Shown piece by piece: positions 1 through 11,012 of a stretch of 64,000 nucleotides of DNA; position 1 is the first letter of the stretch; the number at the start of each line of letters is the position of its first letter. A program made the translations under genes and the position numbers. Origin of the DNA: Podospora anserina (lineage: Eukaryota); the NCBI GenBank assembly GCA_017654855.1, contig CM030336.1, positions 4,092,001 through 4,156,000 of the forward strand, in the 5' to 3' direction. Under the pieces are notes generated by a model that saw nothing but the letters and a program-made list of their open reading frames with translations, was not told the origin of the DNA and made no database searches.

Positions 1-451
1 GTTGTTCTCTCGCCAATTCTTTCGCCCATCAGAGAATTGTTGAATATCAGGCGGTGTAGCTGCTGACCAGACCCAGCCAAATATGGTCACGATGGCGATA
101 CCGATAATGTTTCCAGAACCACTCGGCACGCCACGTATCCATCATCGATGTGTCATATTAAGTCCGATTCAAGCCAGAAAGCTCTGCAAGCTCTGGTGTT
201 GTCTTTTTTCATGCTTTAAGCTTTTCGACCTCGCTGACTCGGCAATGGTTCCGCGGACCGAGCACATCATCACCGGCAGCGGCCTGCTGGGTTGTTTCTT
301 TTGAGGCTAGCCCAGCGGCTGTCACCGGTGCTCCCAAGAAACACCAAGCACCCGCAGCTCGCCTACGACGTTTACATTTGTCATAATTGAACGGTTTGGC
401 CTCTGGGGTGCAGCGGGTTGACCGGGACGTGGAGCGGTTCTGGAGCAGGTC

Positions 452-479
452 GTGGTGGTGGTGGTGGTGGTGGTGGTGA
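452..479. repeat. (GGT)n trinucleotide microsatellite
   Basis: gtggtggtggtggtggtggtggtggtga; gives the poly-His/poly-Val runs in the ORF track. Confidence 0.9.
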
Positions 480-1488
480 TGGACTGCCGGACAGGGCATT
501 GTGTGTGGCTTGTGGATGCTACCGTACCTTATGTTCCGGGGGACCCTGAGTGGCAAAGCTTTTCTCCGAGAAAACTCCCGGTGAGTCCGGCCGAGATTGT
601 CGGTGCCGCTCCGGAGCCGAGGTGCTTGGGCATTGCTTGTCTTGATCCGTGTCTGAGTGATGTGTAAGTTGGCGATGGCTTCATTCAGTCATATAATTCT
701 TCAGCGTACTTGGGTGAGAATTAGAAAATGTGTTGGTAAAAAGCCCAGCATGGTTGGAATATCAATGACGCTAAAGCCCCAGAAGATAGCACATAGCTTT
801 TTCAAGCTGTCTCAAAGGCATGTACTTTTTCCAAGGCCATCTTTCATCAAGGCCTATCGTCCATGTCAGAAGTTCTACCACCTTCTTACAGGACCTATAC
901 ATCATCCTGAAAGGATTCCTAGCTACTATCTTGAGGTCTGCCCAAGATCTTATTGTTCTATTCTGACAGAAGGTCAGATGGCATATCCAAGTTGTTTCCC
1001 AGGTACCCACATTTTTATTTATGAGCTAAGGACATCTGTAGCTCAATGGGAGACATTGAAGGCTTAGAGAATCATTCATTGACGAATCTAAAGGTACTTC
1101 CAAATCAGAGATGGACATCCTTCTTGATTTCCTGTTTGCGGTGATAATTCGCCAAATAAGGGGCTTCTTGAAGGCTCTCTTTGATGAAGCTAAGGGTCAT
1201 TTTACTTTCATCTTATAACGTCCAGACATTCTACTTCCTGGCTGATCTCATTGTGCCCAGGTAGCTGGCCAGCTCAGACTTCGCTCTCGAGAGCAGACAC
1301 AATAGCAATTCGCACAGCTTGCTCCCGCCTCGCAACGATGGAGTTATCTCTGCTTCCGCCTGTTCAGATGCTACTGGGGAGCACACACAATAGCAAATTT
1401 CCACAGATTGTTCCTGCCTCAGATCAACAAAGCTCTATCTGTTTCCGCCTGTTAGAAGTCCAAGAGCCTTGTGACTTCATCCCATCTA

Positions 1489-1584
1489 TTCACTTGTTCA
1501 CTTGTTCACTTGTTCACTTGTTCACTTGTTCACTTGTTCACTTGTTCACTTGTTCACTTGTTCACTTGTTCACTTGTTCACTTG
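1489..1584. repeat. Perfect 8-bp tandem repeat (TTCACTTG)x12
   Basis: 96 bp of exact ttcacttg units; explains the HLFTCSLV repeats in all three + frames. Confidence 0.97.
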
Positions 1585-2228
1585 CTCCTGGGCGGGTACC
1601 TGGAAGTGGACGGAAAAGCCACCGTCCCATCTGTCCCCGGCGTCAAACCCTATTTATTGCCCGTTGCTTGGTTTTTTGCTCTGTCATCTCTTCCTCTCGC
1701 ACAACAAACGACCAACGGCAGAATACTTCCAACTGCAGGTATTCCCAGTCACAACCTCGAGTTTCCGCTACTGATCTGCCAAACCGCTTGGTGCCAACCT
1801 ACCAATTCAAGAAACTACAAATTTGGAACAGCACCGCACAACAAAGGTACGTGCAAATATTCACCACCCTCCAGAGTTCCGACTCCAACAACTGTACAAC
1901 CCGTTCGACTCTCTGGCACCTTCCTCCCAAGATCCAGGCGCCCCTCCCTGCCCCTCTCACATATGCCCTCCTTTTCCCAACCATTACCCATGGCGCAGTC
2001 ATCCAACTGATTCGAGTGGCTAAAAGCCTTTAGGCAGACGATCATTGGAACTGCTCACCCACATTCAAGGGACTGGAGCCAACTAGCAACAACCGAGATC
2101 GACTTATTCACTGACTCAGTCGTAATCAGCCATCCAGTAGAAATCAAGACCTGTAAGTGAATTGTCGACATTACTGTGTTTAATTGCATTTGGAACGGCT
2201 TGCTAACATTTGTTCGACAGCTCCAATC

Positions 2229-4991
2229 ATGGCTTCTGCCAACGTCAGGAATGGGTTTCCCAAGGATGTGCCGGCCTACGGAAACTGGCCTGGCCAGTAT
2301 CTTCTTCTCAGCTATGGCGACAGGGTCCGCATCATCGCCCACGCAATGACTTATGACCAGCTCATCAGCATGATCCGTCGCGGATTTGGCATTGGCCGAT
2401 ACGACAATCTGACCCTACTTTTCAAGCATATGATGCCCCAGGGCAATACCATCGAGGCCGAGCTGGATGAGTCCGCCTACTATCTTATCAAGAACCAGTC
2501 CGAGATTCGCTGCGTCGATACGCTTCAGTACCTCAACACGAAGCGCCAGGCTCCCCAGGTACCTCTTGCGGGTTACACTCAGCCGAACGTTTATCCCAGG
2601 TACAGTTCTGGGTACGACAGATTGTTCGCACCTTTTTCGACTGCGCCCTCGAATCCATATGTGGTGCTTATGCCCGCCCCTTCAATGCAGCACCAGCATG
2701 TTCCCCAGATCACTGGAGTGACGGCCACCGGTGAAAAGAGCAATGCTTTCGGTGGTGTTGCTGGCCAGCCTACGAGCACCGGAGCTGCCACAGCTGCCCA
2801 AGTTTCCCAGCCGGCCCCTGTCAACGAGCCCGAGAGAGATCCCAGAACTGATCTTCCAAAGGGCTGGCTTATGTTTTCTGACGACGAGCTGCCCAGAGAC
2901 TCAACTGTGAAGCTGGGTAACAACCTTTTCGGTAAGAAGGCCATCAACACTGCCGCGACAGAGGGACCCAACCAGACCAAGAATTCCATCATCCATCCCA
3001 ATCTGTGGAGGCCCGTCATCACGTCCGAGAAGCAAACCGAGGCGCCCCAAGACAAAGGGAAGGGGGTCATGAAGAAGGAATCAGCTGGGGAATCTTCCAA
3101 AGAAAAGAAAGCCACAGGGTGGTGCGAAGTCACTGCTACTTACACTGCCATGAAGTCTGCTTTGGCGTCACGCTCTACACCCGTGGATCGCCGTCTCGTT
3201 CACGATTATCTGGTCGCAAGCACCTATATGAATGGCGGCAAGGAGCCGCTCTGCGAGCCCGAGAGAAAGTTTCTCCTGAGCGTATTCGGCCGTTGCTATG
3301 CAACGAAACCAATCAAGTACCTCGCGGATCTCCGCCACGACAGTGAGATCTTGGAGATCCTGCTCAGTCATACCCCTGGTTGCAATATGAGGTGCGCGGC
3401 AGATGTCAGGGACAAGTGCACCTGCGGCGGACCTCAGGGGCCCAAAGAGTGCTGTGAAGAGAGGCTCAAACCCTCCACGATCGGAAACATTTTGGAATGT
3501 GCAAAGAGTCGCCTCAGGGATGCTCTGGACCGCACTGGCATCGTCTCGCAGCGCGACATCAAGGGCGAGACGTTTTACTTTCACCATGAGAAATGTGTCC
3601 AGAGCATGTGCATCTGTACCATCTTCGCAACTCTGGCGCAGCATGAACCTATTTGTCTGATGAGAAGTCGCCTCGATGTCGAGATGGTCTGTGACTGTGA
3701 CCGCAACACCAAGCGCAGTCAACTTCCGAAATCTCAAGACACAAAGTTGATCCAGACCACACTTGGGTGGGTTGGTGATCTTGGGGAGGTTGATGGTGAG
3801 ACCTGTGCCCAGGAAATTTTCCGTCGGAAACATATTGACAGCCTCGTGCGCAACTTTCACGAGCTCACTTGTAGTCCGCTCAAGGATGAGAATTGCGGTG
3901 ACTGCTCAGTGTTCCGGATCCTGCTGGGACATCACTGGGATTGTCCCATGAGGCTAAAAGTGGACCTCGGCGATGAGTGCCAATGCGACCGGCTTCGGCG
4001 GGAGGACGATGAATATCTGGAAGGCGATGATGAGGTGGGCAGTATCAAGTGGGTTACCGATGGTCTGCACGAAGCAGCGAAACTGTACCGCGGCAACAAC
4101 CTCACCAGGGAGGAATGGAAGGAGGCCATAACGGACTTTCACAATGAGTGGTGCCACGGCTGGTGCTGCTGCATGCGTCTGAGGGATATTGCCGAGCATG
4201 ATCCTGACTGCGGGGGAGTTCAGGATACATTCGAGGATTGGAAACTTTGCAGCTGCAAGAAGAGTCTTAACCCTCGCGGCACTTCTGACGTTGCAGAAGA
4301 GGCCATTCATGTCGAGGCTTCTACCAAAGTCAAGGAGTCTGGTGTTGATGACGAGAGCGACAATGGCGAGGAGTGGACACCCACCACCAGTGTGGTTGAC
4401 GAAGATGATGACGATCTGCCCGATCTCATCCCTCACCTTGGTTCTGATACCGGAGGCTGGAAGTTTCCAGGTTGGTGTGAACCCCTGTTGGAGGAACGTA
4501 CGCGCAGTTTTGAGGCGCCAGAGCACCTCAGCAAGCAGCTGACATCGAAGCAAAATTGGCTTCGCAATATGACAGACAAGAAGCCAACGGAGGAGAGGGA
4601 TATCAATCTCGAGGAGCTGACCGCTACGAACAGGCAAGGACTGAGCATGGACGAGACGACGGAATTGATTGCTAAACAAGTCGACAGATTGAATCAAGCC
4701 AGTTACAGGTACTGGGAATCTAAGAAGGCGAAGCTCGAGGATGATTCGGTGAAGGAGAGTTTGCAGACCTCTGAGAGGGAGCACGGGAGCAACGACAATG
4801 AGTCGAACGCAACAGCGTCTTCCCGGGTTTCCGTCCAAATGCCTGAGGCGAACCCGGGTGCTTCCAGCTCCAGGGCTAGCCACAGGGCCACTGTGGAGGA
4901 CTTCCCTGAGATGCCCTCGGACATCGCTACTGGGGGTGGCTTTGATTCGGCGAAGAAGACTCACTCAGCCTTTGGCCAGCCAGACCTGTGA
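2229..4991 (+). CDS. Uncharacterised ~920-aa protein: ubiquitin/PB1-like N-terminal domain, central tandem His/Cys (HCCC) zinc-binding repeats, acidic C-terminus
   Basis: Long ORF; ATG at 2229 in caatcATG context just after a canonical 5'-UTR intron (2153-2220, GTAAGT..GCTAAC..CAG); repeated H-x3-C-xn-C-x1,2-C motifs at 3369-4256. Confidence 0.85.
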   Translation: MASANVRNGFPKDVPAYGNWPGQYLLLSYGDRVRIIAHAMTYDQLISMIRRGFGIGRYDNLTLLFKHMMPQGNTIEAELDESAYYLIKNQSEIRCVDTLQYLNTKRQAPQVPLAGYTQPNVYPRYSSGYDRLFAPFSTAPSNPYVVLMPAPSMQHQHVPQITGVTATGEKSNAFGGVAGQPTSTGAATAAQVSQPAPVNEPERDPRTDLPKGWLMFSDDELPRDSTVKLGNNLFGKKAINTAATEGPNQTKNSIIHPNLWRPVITSEKQTEAPQDKGKGVMKKESAGESSKEKKATGWCEVTATYTAMKSALASRSTPVDRRLVHDYLVASTYMNGGKEPLCEPERKFLLSVFGRCYATKPIKYLADLRHDSEILEILLSHTPGCNMRCAADVRDKCTCGGPQGPKECCEERLKPSTIGNILECAKSRLRDALDRTGIVSQRDIKGETFYFHHEKCVQSMCICTIFATLAQHEPICLMRSRLDVEMVCDCDRNTKRSQLPKSQDTKLIQTTLGWVGDLGEVDGETCAQEIFRRKHIDSLVRNFHELTCSPLKDENCGDCSVFRILLGHHWDCPMRLKVDLGDECQCDRLRREDDEYLEGDDEVGSIKWVTDGLHEAAKLYRGNNLTREEWKEAITDFHNEWCHGWCCCMRLRDIAEHDPDCGGVQDTFEDWKLCSCKKSLNPRGTSDVAEEAIHVEASTKVKESGVDDESDNGEEWTPTTSVVDEDDDDLPDLIPHLGSDTGGWKFPGWCEPLLEERTRSFEAPEHLSKQLTSKQNWLRNMTDKKPTEERDINLEELTATNRQGLSMDETTELIAKQVDRLNQASYRYWESKKAKLEDDSVKESLQTSEREHGSNDNESNATASSRVSVQMPEANPGASSSRASHRATVEDFPEMPSDIATGGGFDSAKKTHSAFGQPDL

Positions 4992-5150
4992 GGAAGAGCA
5001 AAGGGGTGACGACATCAAGTCGAACGCGAGCACATATTCCTGGGTGTCCGTCCGGATGCCTAAGAAGAGCTCTCGTGCTTCTAGCTCCAAGGCTAGCTAC
5101 AAGGTCACTGTGGAGGACGGTGTCGCTACCGGGGGTGACTTTGGCTTTGG
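4764..5150 (+). repeat. Diverged direct duplication (period 217 bp) of the C-terminal coding segment of the 2229-4991 gene
   Basis: cagacctctgagagggagc.. (4764) vs cagacctgtgaggaagagc.. (4981); QTSEREHGSNDNESNATASSRVSVQMP..ATVED..IATGGGF vs QTCEEEQRGDDIKSNASTYSWVSVRMP..VTVEDGVATGGDF. Confidence 0.85.
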
Positions 5151-5642
5151 GTCGTTGCTGGCCTTTCCAGGAATAGTCGATCTGCCTGGCACCCTCTGCC
5201 GAATCCAATCGATCATGACAGGGATCTTGCAATTTCTTTTCTTTTCTGGGCTGGGCTGGGTTTGTCGGGCAATAGGTGTATTGGTTGGGCGTTGGTTGGC
5301 TTTTTGATACCCGAGACTGGTAGTCTCCATGGACTTTGGGACGGGGTATTATGCAGGTACTGGATCCTGAGAGCCAAGGATTCATTATGGGGGGGGAATG
5401 GAAAAAAGGAAACAATCACCAAAAAAAAAGGGAGGTATGTTTGGTAGTGTAGTCTAGGTTCATCTGCTTGTTTGGCAGCCATAAGCGCTGGGTTTCTGTA
5501 TATCCTCATGCTTTGTTTTGCTACGTGAGGGATCTGTTTTGTTTTGGCCAAAGAGCGCACGTGAATGTGAAAATAACTTGTTTTGGTTTCCTGATATTTA
5601 CAACGCTAGGAGACTACCGACATGCCCCATCATTGAAGATGC

Positions 5643-6753
5643 TCAAAGCCTAGCACCGCCCTCCTCCCCCTTGACCTCCACCATCAACTTGCCGGTATTC
5701 TTGCCTGTAAACAACCAGTCAAAGGCCTCCTCGGCACTCCTCACACCACCCTTGACAACCGTCTCCTTCCTCCTGAGCTTCCCCTCAGCCAACCACTGCG
5801 CCAGCTGCTTCCTCGCAACATCATACTCGGTGATGTAATCAAAAACAATAAATCCCTGCATCCTGATCCTCTGGGTAATCACATTGAAGAAGCTCGCCCC
5901 CGGCCCCTTCTTCTCGGCCGAGTTGTACTGCGAAATCCCGCCGCACATGACAAACCTGCTAAACTGCGCAGCCCTCGCCATGACCATGTCAAGGATCTCG
6001 CCCCCGACATTATCAAAGTACACATCCACAAATTTCGGTGTCGCCTCCTTGAATTTCTGCTTATAATCCGGGGACTTGTAGTCAATCGCCTCATCCAACC
6101 CCAGCTCTTCCTTGAGCCAACGGCACTTTTGCTCCCCCCCGGCAATACCAATCACCCTCGCGCCGGCGATCTTTGCAATTTGCGCGGCTACTGAACCGGT
6201 CGCGCCAGCGGCGGCGGAGACGACGACCGTGTCGCCTGGCTTCGGGAGGCCGATTTTCGTCATGCCGAAGTAGGCTGTTAAACCGGTGGACCCGAGCACG
6301 CCGAGGAGGTCGGTGAGTTTGCCGCCCTGGGGGAGGTCGTACGCTTTTTCGACTTGGGAGTCGGGCATGATGGCGTATTCTTGGATTCCCGAGGCGGAGG
6401 TGACGATTGTTCCCGGGGAGAACTTGGTGGATTTGGAGGCGAGGACGCGGGAGACGGTGAGGGCGCGCATGACTTCGTTTAGTTGGACGGGGGGGATGTA
6501 GGAGCGGCGGTCGTCTAGCCAGCCGCGCATGGCTGGGTCGAAGGAGACTGAGGGAGGGGGTGGGGGGTTAGTTTGCGCAAACTTGGATGCTATGAGTGAA
6601 GGGGCGCTTACTGTAGAGAGTCTCGAGGAGGACTTGGCCATCTTTGAGGTCGGCCTCGGTGGGGGCGGGGGAGGATTTGAGGGAGAAGGTTTTGCCTTTC
6701 TCGATTGGGCCGGAGGGGCGTTGGGAGAGGACGAGGGAGGTGTTGGTTGTCAT
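5643..6753 (-). CDS. NADP-dependent MDR oxidoreductase (prostaglandin reductase / LTB4 12-hydroxydehydrogenase family), C-terminal PTS1 (ARL)
   Basis: Exons 6753-6612 and 6547-5643 (intron GTAAGC..CTAAC..CAG); motifs SFDPAMRGW, GLTAYFG, VSAAAGATGS, YFDNVGG, CGGISQYN, GKNTGK. Confidence 0.95.
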
Positions 6754-7908
6754 GATGGTTGTTGTTGTGGTGATTGATGGGTGAGGAGGTGTATAAGTGG
6801 AGCCTGTATGGGAGGTTGAGATACACACACAAATGAATGAAGAATATGAGATCGAGAGATTACAATGAAGTGAGGAGTGAGGTCAAGGGAGGATTTATAT
6901 ACCTATACCTCCTCATCAACATGCAGGGTCCAACATCCTACTTCTAAGCGATGTCATGAATCCTCCCCTCCCCTCCTTTCTCGCCCCCCTCTCTCCAGCA
7001 CAAAGTGGAGCGTCGATGGTTATCCGCTCCGTTCCCACGCCTGCATCGAGGGAACCATGGAATTCTCTGCATTCGAATTCTTTCTCTCTATTGCAGCAAT
7101 TCTGCATGTCGACTGCCAAACATTCTCCGCAGTTTACCTTACCAATCCTGCCCCCCGCCGCAAAGAGCCCCTCCATCGTCATAGAAACCGGGGGGCTGCC
7201 GGCTTGGCTTTCCCAACTACCGAGGCTTGTTTTCTTTGAGGGTGACAATCGACAATGCCTAGGTTGGTTGGTGATGTAAGCTTCCGAATGATCCTAAATT
7301 GCCAAATTATGTAAGTGACCGCCGCGGCGGTACCGTTCGGAACACCGTTCATGCAGCTGGCGGCTCTTTTTGTTCGGAGAGTTGTGGGTTATGAGAGTGG
7401 TTGAGGGGATGCGAATCCCGAATTCCGTGTTACACCACTGCCTTATAAACCACCAACAGCGTCAATTACAACCTGACCAATTATGCCGTCGGCCATCAAA
7501 TCGGTCCGTACCATATTTGGGAGAAGCCTTCCGAGAGTTTAAAGCATATAGGTAGATTAGGGGTGAGCTGAATGCCGTCATGACCATCCATCATCCATGA
7601 GCCCCCGAATCATCCACAACGCCACCCCCTGAACCTTTTGTTTACGTTGCTTCTCATGTTGTACAAAATACTTCTTCTCTATTCCCATAAAAGAAAAAAA
7701 AAAGACCCATTCTTTGAACCCATCCGCTTTCCCAAATGCAGAAAAAAATGAAAAAGATGTGTTTCCGCCTATGTACACTTAAATGTGCTTTTCCCGTTGC
7801 GCGTGGTTGATGTTAGTAGTACAATAGAAATGCCCAGCCCGAGTTCCACCCCCGGAGCCAAGCTTTTTAGACTTGGAGATCTAGATCTTGAAGCTGTGTT
7901 CTACACAT

Positions 7909-9333
7909 CTATTTCTTCCGCTTCAGAGTCTTGACAGCCATCTCGATGAGGCCATCCTTGGCCTCGCTGCCTGGGAACGGCGCGATGGCATCAATGGCCT
8001 TCTGTGCGTAGTCCTCGGCCAGCGCCCGTGTCTGCTCGATACCATCACTCTGCGCAACCAGGTCGCGTGCCTAGAAAATAGTCAGCCGGTCGATTCCTCT
8101 CACGGAAGACGATGAGGAAATAAAACCCACCCTCACAACATCACCCTCCTTCTCAAACTTCCTCCCAACCAGCGCGCCGAGCTCTGGCATCGTTTTCCAC
8201 GCAAACAGCAGAGGCGCCGTCGCAAGTCCCAGCTCCAAATCCGCCCCCGCCGGCTTGCCGAGTTCTTGCTCGCTCCTGGTGTAGTCGAGCATATCATCCA
8301 CCAGCTGGAACGCCAAACCCAGGTTCTTCCCATAGGCATACGCCGCATCCACCGTCGCCGCATCACTTCCACCAAGCAGCGCCGCCGCGCGACAGCTCTT
8401 GCTGATCAGCGACGCAGTCTTGAGGTACGTCTTCTGGAGGTAATACGTCAGAGTCTCCTCCGACCATTGCGGGTTGCGCTCGTCGCGTGCAGTGTTCTTC
8501 AGCTGCATGAACTCGCCCTCCACCAAGTTGGCAATGACCGTAGCCAACAGCTCGATAACCTCGGCATGACGCAACCTCGCAAGAGCCACAGACGCTCTCC
8601 CGAGAAGGAAATCACCTGCCAGGACAGCCATCTTGTTGCCAAACTCGAGGTTGGCAGATGGTGAGCCTCTTCGGGATTCAGAGTGATCAATCACATCGTC
8701 GTGAAGCAGCGAAGCAGTGTGAATCAGCTCGGTGATCTCGGCGAGTCTCCTTTGCGAAGGGAGAATGTCGGGGTGGTCGTTCGTCTCGGCTTCGGGGGCA
8801 ACGGCTGTCGCGGAAGGGTTGAAGTCGGAGAGGACGGAAAGCGGGGAGATGGAGCTGTCGATGCCCATCGAGGCCTGGAGGGTGGCCTGCTGCCTCTGGG
8901 GGGCTTTGGGGCAGAGGGAGGTGGCGCGCGACATGAGCAGGACTATTAGTGGCCGGACATGCTTGCCTTCGGCTTGTGTGTAGTACTTTGCTGCTCTGTC
9001 CAGGGAGGGGTGGCCGGACCCGAGGAGTTTCCTGATGTTGCCTGTGAGAAACTTCATCTCCTTGGCGACGATCCGTAGGGGGTCGACGGAGGGCATGTCC
9101 CCTCTGGTGGCGCGGGTGATCGCATTGTTGACGATGTTGCCGGCGACGGAGACGGCGGCAGCCCAGGCGGAGGAGTCTCGTCTTCCGGTGTGGAAAGGAG
9201 CTCTGGACTGAGCTATCCTACTATCGAGGGGAGCTGTGGATCTGAGGCAGGTGGAACATGTTGTCGTCGTCGCCCTCGAAAATGTTGACATGCGAAGCCG
9301 GCTGACCCCGCGCACCATTGTAGGCCCCTGCAT
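7909..9333 (-). CDS. COQ1: Mitochondrial hexaprenyl/polyprenyl pyrophosphate synthase (ubiquinone side chain)
   Basis: Exons 9333-8131 and 8070-7909; GKHVRP, ELIHTASLLHDDVID (FARM), RRG, KTASL, FQLVDDMLD (SARM), GKPAGADL; Arg/Ser/Thr-rich presequence. Confidence 0.95.
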
Positions 9334-9780
9334 TTCTCTCTGGAGGTGGGATGTTTCCCACACACACTCGTTCCCGGTCGAATCCTCCTCTGTGATATCC
9401 AATTGACCTCTGTAGGTTTACTGTGTGGTCATCTGCCGTATCCGGGAGGAATTCGACGCCGAGGTATCCTCCGAAAGCCGTGATCTCCGGCCCTGTCGTA
9501 CGAAAGATCTCTACGCACACAAGTTGCTTTAGGCCGGTGATGTGGGTCCCGAAAACTTCCTTTCCGATAATTTTTTGGCATCCGGTTCTGAAGAAGGTGG
9601 CGTTCTCGGCTTGTGGTTGTGGCTGGTGGCCTCTGAAGACCCACCGGGTGCCTGCATCCTTGCAAGCTTTGTGAGGCTTGGCGATCCGTCATTCTGGGCC
9701 GCATCAGCTTGAGCTCCAACAAGCTCTCGGCGGCGTCGCAAACAAAACATTGTCTTCTTACATATCATCAACACCCAACC

Positions 9781-10641
9781 ATGGTGCTCCTCACAATGAC
9801 GCGCTCCATCGTGGAGGCTCTGCAAATCTGGGACAATCTAGGCTACCCATCAAAAGACAAGCTCCAGGCAGGCAAAGACGACCCCGCGCTCGACGATGCC
9901 GCTGTCGGCAAGCCCATTCTACACTCACAAATCATCGAGCTCTGGTTAATACTCAGGGATGCCGGGCATGAGGAACATACTTTGGAAAACATGCTGAAAG
10001 GCGCCTGGGTCTACGTCCCACCACCGCCACCAAAGCCAGAACCAGTATGTACCCCGTCTTGTACCAGACGCCGGTTGGTGCTGACGAAGTAATAGTCAAA
10101 CGAATACAAAGCCTTGATGGCCCGTCTCCGGCGCGAAGAAGAACAACGAGCATACGAGCGAATGACGAACCCACTTCCCCCAACCGAGACCTTTGCTCAA
10201 CGATTTCCTGCTGCGAATATGGCGAGGAGCTTTGCTGCTGTCAATCGAGTAACGGTCGATAAAGACCTCGGCGATGACGATGTTACATATAACGACGTGC
10301 ACAGACAGCTGATGCTGATACTGAACTTTATGGTCAGTATCCTGGGTGTGGCAGGCACTCTGTGGGTGTTGGCCAGATGGTGGAGCACACCAGCGCGACT
10401 GTTTCTGACTCTGGGGGGAAGTCTGTTGGTGGGGATTGCTGAAATTGCTGTATACTCGGGATACATATGGCATTTGGGTGAGGCGAAGAAGCAGGATAAG
10501 AAGTTTAAGGAGGTGAAGCAGATTGTACAGACGTGGGCTGTTGGAGTGGATGAAAAGGAGGAGGCCACTCTTATTGGGGACAAGAGCTCGTCAGATGAGA
10601 ATACGGATCTCCGGAGGCGCAAGAAGGATGCTCAAATTTGA
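9781..10641 (+). CDS. VMA12: V-ATPase assembly factor (Vma12/TMEM199 family)
   Basis: Exons 9781-10044 and 10096-10641; MVLLTMT start, VYVPPPPPKPEP|SNEYKALMARLR, two C-terminal TM helices ending AEIAVY. Confidence 0.88.
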
Positions 10642-10787
10642 ATGGTTTGTAGCCCCTATGTTTACCAAACCCCTTTCGAATTATGAGCTTTTGACCTTGA
10701 ATTCCATGTTGGGCGCAAATGGCAATTGTGACTTTTGAATGGGGGAAACATTTACAGTGGGTAGGGGTGCTAATTGAGTGGGGCTGC

Positions 10788-10847
10788 CCGCGTCATAGCG
10801 CGCTGCGGGGCCCAACGCGCTGAGCAGACGCGTTCTGCGCAACGCGA
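10788..10847. promoter_or_regulatory. Cluster of MCB-like (ACGCGN) cell-cycle boxes upstream of the Eco1-like gene
   Basis: cgcgtca, aacgcgct, perfect ACGCGT at 10828-10833 and aacgcgat within 60 bp. Confidence 0.6.
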
Positions 10848-11012
10848 TCTTCGATCTTGACCCATGTCGCTACCGAGTACAACTTTTCTGCAAGTTGGGA
10901 TCTTGGTGCATCTTCTTGGCAGCATTTTTATCTGATTATATCGCCGCATCTCTATCGTCCGAATAAAGCTCGCGCGCCGTTACAGCTCGTTTTAGACTCA
11001 GTGGGCGCAACA

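Noticed and set aside
209-556. ORF with a His10 run
   Set aside because: The run comes from the (GGT)n microsatellite; the rest has no recognisable protein features
657-1250. AT-richer stretch as a possible transposon or gene remnant
   Set aside because: No transposase, RT or integrase motif and no terminal repeats recognised in any frame
1251-2033. 260-aa and overlapping ORFs with HLFTCSLV repeats; possible CRISPR-like array
   Set aside because: Products of the stop-free 8-bp tandem repeat; there are no spacers and the context is eukaryotic
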